Origin: a virus
DNA length: 64,000 nucleotides
Reading direction: 5' to 3' (one strand)
IMG/VR virus record: IMGVR_UViG_3300045988_180880
Coordinates: 128,001-192,000 of that record
Positions 61,999-64,000 of the stretch are shown in pieces. Under the pieces are notes generated by a model. The model ran no database searches. It saw nothing but the letters and a program-made list of their open reading frames with translations, and had not been told where the DNA came from. Both the position numbers and the translations under genes were made by a program. The stretch's first letter is position 1, and each line of letters opens with the position of its first letter.

Positions 61999-62244
61999 TT
62001 AAAGATATTTTTCTAGAAATTCTTTTAGTTCTTCCTCTGTACTATTTACAAAGGAAAATATTTTTTGTTTGGGTACATATTTTCCTTTAACTTTTTCTAC
62101 ACAAAACACTACTAGGTTAGTTCCAAAAAGTTCTAGTTGATCCATTCCATCATATCCTCCAAAGAAACTTCCTTTTTTAGTTTCATACAGATCTATATCT
62201 GGATAATTCTTTTCAAAATAATTGTAAACTTCTTTCTGTGTCAT
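61999..62244 (-). CDS. hypothetical protein
   Basis: 81-aa ORF; promoter variant 26 nt upstream. Confidence 0.6.
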   Translation of the reverse strand: MTQKEVYNYFEKNYPDIDLYETKKGSFFGGYDGMDQLELFGTNLVVFCVEKVKGKYVPKQKIFSFVNSTEEELKEFLEKYL

Positions 62245-62269
62245 TTTTCTTAATTTATTTTACTATTTA

Positions 62270-62280
62270 CACATATAAGG
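62270..62280 (-). promoter_or_regulatory. promoter motif variant (minus strand)
   Basis: Plus strand cacatataagg, which is CCTTATATGTG on minus. Confidence 0.45.
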
Positions 62281-62324
62281 AAATCAACCGTCCAAAAATT
62301 CGACCGTCTGAGAAACCGGGAAAA

Positions 62325-62335
62325 TCTTATAAATG
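62325..62335 (+). promoter_or_regulatory. phage promoter motif driving an ORF-less unit
   Basis: tcttataaatg, with the extended upstream accgtctgagaaaccgggaaaa nearly identical to the 19691-19712 reverse complement. No ORF longer than about 8 codons lies before the stem/T-run at 62627-62658. Confidence 0.55.
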
Positions 62336-62545
62336 TATTAAAAGACACAATAACAAAAAAAAGACATCATAGGCGTCTCAAGAAATGCGTAATGTATAGC
62401 TTGAGCTTGTGAAGAACTGAAAAATCATGTAAGGTTTAAATCTCACTAATCTCTTCAGAACTTCTACGTTTATGAGGTGCAAAATTAAACAACTTTAAAC
62501 GACACAACAACAAAATTAAAATTAAAATAATTAACTGAATCTATA

Positions 62546-62623
62546 GACAAGATAGTTTAGCGGGTCAAAACACTAAGATAATTGTTTATCTTAGAATCTC
62601 AGGTTAGAATCCTGATCAAGTTC
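62546..62623 (+). ncRNA. tRNA-like element (non-canonical; not confidently a functional tRNA)
   Basis: TA at positions 8-9; D-arm gttt-agcgggtca-aaac with A14, GG and A21; T-arm tcagg-ttagaat-cctga. However, the acceptor gacaaga/tcaagtt has 2 mismatches, the T-loop has A where C56 should be, and the anticodon arm is ctaagat-aattgttt-atcttag (7 bp/8 nt, or 8 bp/6 nt). No encoded CCA. Confidence 0.35.
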
Positions 62624-62708
62624 TCTAGATTTATAATAGTTAATTATTTTATTTTTTCCAACTGGATTCTGTATTAAAAATATTTTCCATCTCAAAAAAT
62701 GCTAAAAG

Positions 62709-62719
62709 CCTTATATATG
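62709..62719 (+). promoter_or_regulatory. phage promoter motif
   Basis: ccttatatatg; ends 33 nt before ATG 62752. Confidence 0.55.
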
Positions 62720-62751
62720 AGATAATAAAAGTAAATAAATACTCCTTAAGC

Positions 62752-63066
62752 ATGACAAAAAGCTTAAAGGAGTTTAATTTTTTAAAAATAAAGATTATGA
62801 AAAGAATTAACAAAATGAATGAGTTGAATGTAGTAAACAGTAAAGTAACGGCAGAATTAGTTAAACCAGAAATTACAGGACATGCTACATCAAATTTTGA
62901 AACAACCTTCCCTATTCCAAAGGTAGGAGAAGTGAAAATGAAGATTGACGTGACAAGTACAGTAACGTCATCAATAGCCGCTCAAGAAAAATTGGATGAG
63001 TTGGCAGAAAAAAAGAGCAAACCGAACCTTAGAAAACATTGGAAAATTTGTGGGTTTGGTACTTGA
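62752..63066 (+). CDS. hypothetical protein, 5' part of a probably frame-disrupted gene
   Basis: The ORF may really start at ATG 62797, whose upstream 17-mer aaaaataaagattatgaaaa is identical to the one at the 6259 start. The frame is lost at the A7 run 63008-63014. Confidence 0.5.
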   Translation: MTKSLKEFNFLKIKIMKRINKMNELNVVNSKVTAELVKPEITGHATSNFETTFPIPKVGEVKMKIDVTSTVTSSIAAQEKLDELAEKKSKPNLRKHWKICGFGT

Positions 63067-63376
63067 GAAATCTCCGGAAATATTTGATATGTTCCAGAGT
63101 TTCGCAGAAAAGAATGAACAATACAAAGAAAAGTTCAGAGAAAAACAAAGCTTGGAAGAATGGGATGAAAAAGTAAATAATCTCATCTTCCTGCTAAGAC
63201 AAAAACCTAGTTCAATGACGAATCTAGAGTTTTTAGAAGAGACGTTAGAGAATGGGGATTATGAATCTCAAAAAATCTCTAAATGGGCGATCTTACAGTT
63301 TAATAAAAATAACCTTGGATTGCTGAATGAAAGACAAAGAGATTCATTAGCTAGTATAGGTTTTATTGGCTATTGA
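62996..63376 (+). CDS. hypothetical protein, 3' part (+1 frame) of the same gene
   Basis: The +1 frame after the A7 run reads ..KKRANRTLENIGKFVGLVLEKSPEIFDMFQSFAEKNEQ..., which looks more protein-like than the frame-1 tail SKPNLRKHWKICGFGT. Confidence 0.5.
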   Translation: MSWQKKRANRTLENIGKFVGLVLEKSPEIFDMFQSFAEKNEQYKEKFREKQSLEEWDEKVNNLIFLLRQKPSSMTNLEFLEETLENGDYESQKISKWAILQFNKNNLGLLNERQRDSLASIGFIGY

Positions 63377-63436
63377 AATTTAAAAAAGGTAGAAGGACGA
63401 TAAAAAGTTCTTCTACTTCTTTTTCTCCCTTGACTT

Positions 63437-63447
63437 TCTTATATATG
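63437..63447 (+). promoter_or_regulatory. phage promoter motif
   Basis: tcttatatatg; ends 21 nt before ATG 63468. Confidence 0.6.
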
Positions 63448-63467
63448 TATTATTAATAAAATATATT

Positions 63468-63947
63468 ATGGGAACAAATTTCTATGCAGTAATCCCAGTG
63501 AAAAAAAGGGATAAAGAAAAAGCAAAAAAATTAATTGACGAAAACAAATTTAGTGAAGCAGCCGATCTTTTAAAGGATATAACAAAAGAAATACACCTAG
63601 GTAAAAGATCGGCCGGGTGGAAGTTTTTATTCAACGCCAATCTCGGAAAATATTATGAACTTACTCGCGAAGGTATAAATAAGTTCTTCGCGAAAAATAA
63701 TGTTATAATAAAAGACGAATATGGCGTTGAGTATACGGCCGAGGAATTTTGGGAGAGTGAATTAAAAGAGTTCTTGGATAAAGGATATGACTTAGAGAGC
63801 TACTATAATGACAATCCAGATGAAGTTAGTCCATATTTTAGCTACTCTCGATCAATACCTTCCGAACTAAAAAAATATAACCCAAATAAATACGGGGAAT
63901 TTTATAGTGATGGTCTAAGATTCACCATCACTGAAGATTTTTGTTAA
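63468..63947 (+). CDS. hypothetical protein
   Basis: 159-aa ORF; contains two CGGCCG sites. Confidence 0.65.
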   Translation: MGTNFYAVIPVKKRDKEKAKKLIDENKFSEAADLLKDITKEIHLGKRSAGWKFLFNANLGKYYELTREGINKFFAKNNVIIKDEYGVEYTAEEFWESELKEFLDKGYDLESYYNDNPDEVSPYFSYSRSIPSELKKYNPNKYGEFYSDGLRFTITEDFC

Positions 63948-64000
63948 CGCCATAAAAATAAAGGATATAAGTGTAATAAAAGCTTGTATCCTTTTTATTT

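Noticed and set aside
62546-62623. A tRNA encoded on the minus strand at this locus
   Set aside because: The reverse complement gives no acceptable T-arm (9-nt loop) or D-arm. Only the plus strand gives tRNA-like D and T arms.
62971-63186. 71-aa minus-strand ORF
   Set aside because: It is antisense to the 62752-63376 gene pair.
1-64000. CRISPR arrays, rRNA genes, integrase/att sites, transposase genes
   Set aside because: I saw no regularly spaced direct repeats, no rRNA-like conserved stretches, and no tyrosine/serine recombinase or transposase motifs in any ORF. The window looks like lytic-phage accessory DNA.

Overview
This window is an AT-rich (about 30% G+C by eye), densely coding stretch of a large dsDNA bacteriophage genome. 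It covers a non-structural, auxiliary region; I recognise no capsid, tail or packaging genes. Genes sit in alternating strand blocks: + 271-11743, - 11814-19443, + 19857-32999, - 33430-46210, + 46402-47604, - 47666-59901, + 60088-61941, - 61999-62244, + 62325-63947. The blocks are punctuated by a recurring promoter-like 11-mer (CCTTATAWATG) and by a conserved nested-hairpin terminator family at convergent junctions. Products I can recognise are: IF-1, a radical SAM enzyme, a secreted 3D-domain protein, NadE plus PncA, an SF2 helicase, RusA, two nucleoside-deoxyribosyltransferase-like domains, an Amidase_3 endolysin, a kinase/metallophosphatase, an MFS transporter, a full ClpC-type ATPase plus ClpP, a CCA-adding enzyme, a Trm1-like methyltransferase, an IMPDH/GMPR-family barrel, a HAD phosphatase and a metallophosphoesterase. 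Four free-standing homing-endonuclease-like genes are also present: three PD-(D/E)XK/DUF559-like paralogs and one GIY-YIG/T5orf172-like. The most interesting signals are RNA-level. (1) A 236-nt group I intron with textbook P/Q/R/S elements and a P1/P10 guide sequence interrupts rusA. (2) A related ~222-nt group I-like intron splits clpC inside nucleotide-binding domain (NBD) 1. (3) A ~480-nt highly structured non-coding element lies between the helicase and a homing-endonuclease-like gene. (4) A promoter-to-terminator unit contains two tandem ~75-81 nt three-way-junction RNAs with compensatory stem changes and no ORF. (5) A second ORF-less promoter-driven unit carries a tRNA-like element with an abnormal anticodon arm. 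In addition, the GC-only palindrome CGGCCG occurs 12 times by eye, where about one is expected from composition. Three genes are broken at homopolymer runs, either by programmed slippage or by sequencing indels. All functional calls rest on motif recognition by eye, not on database searches.
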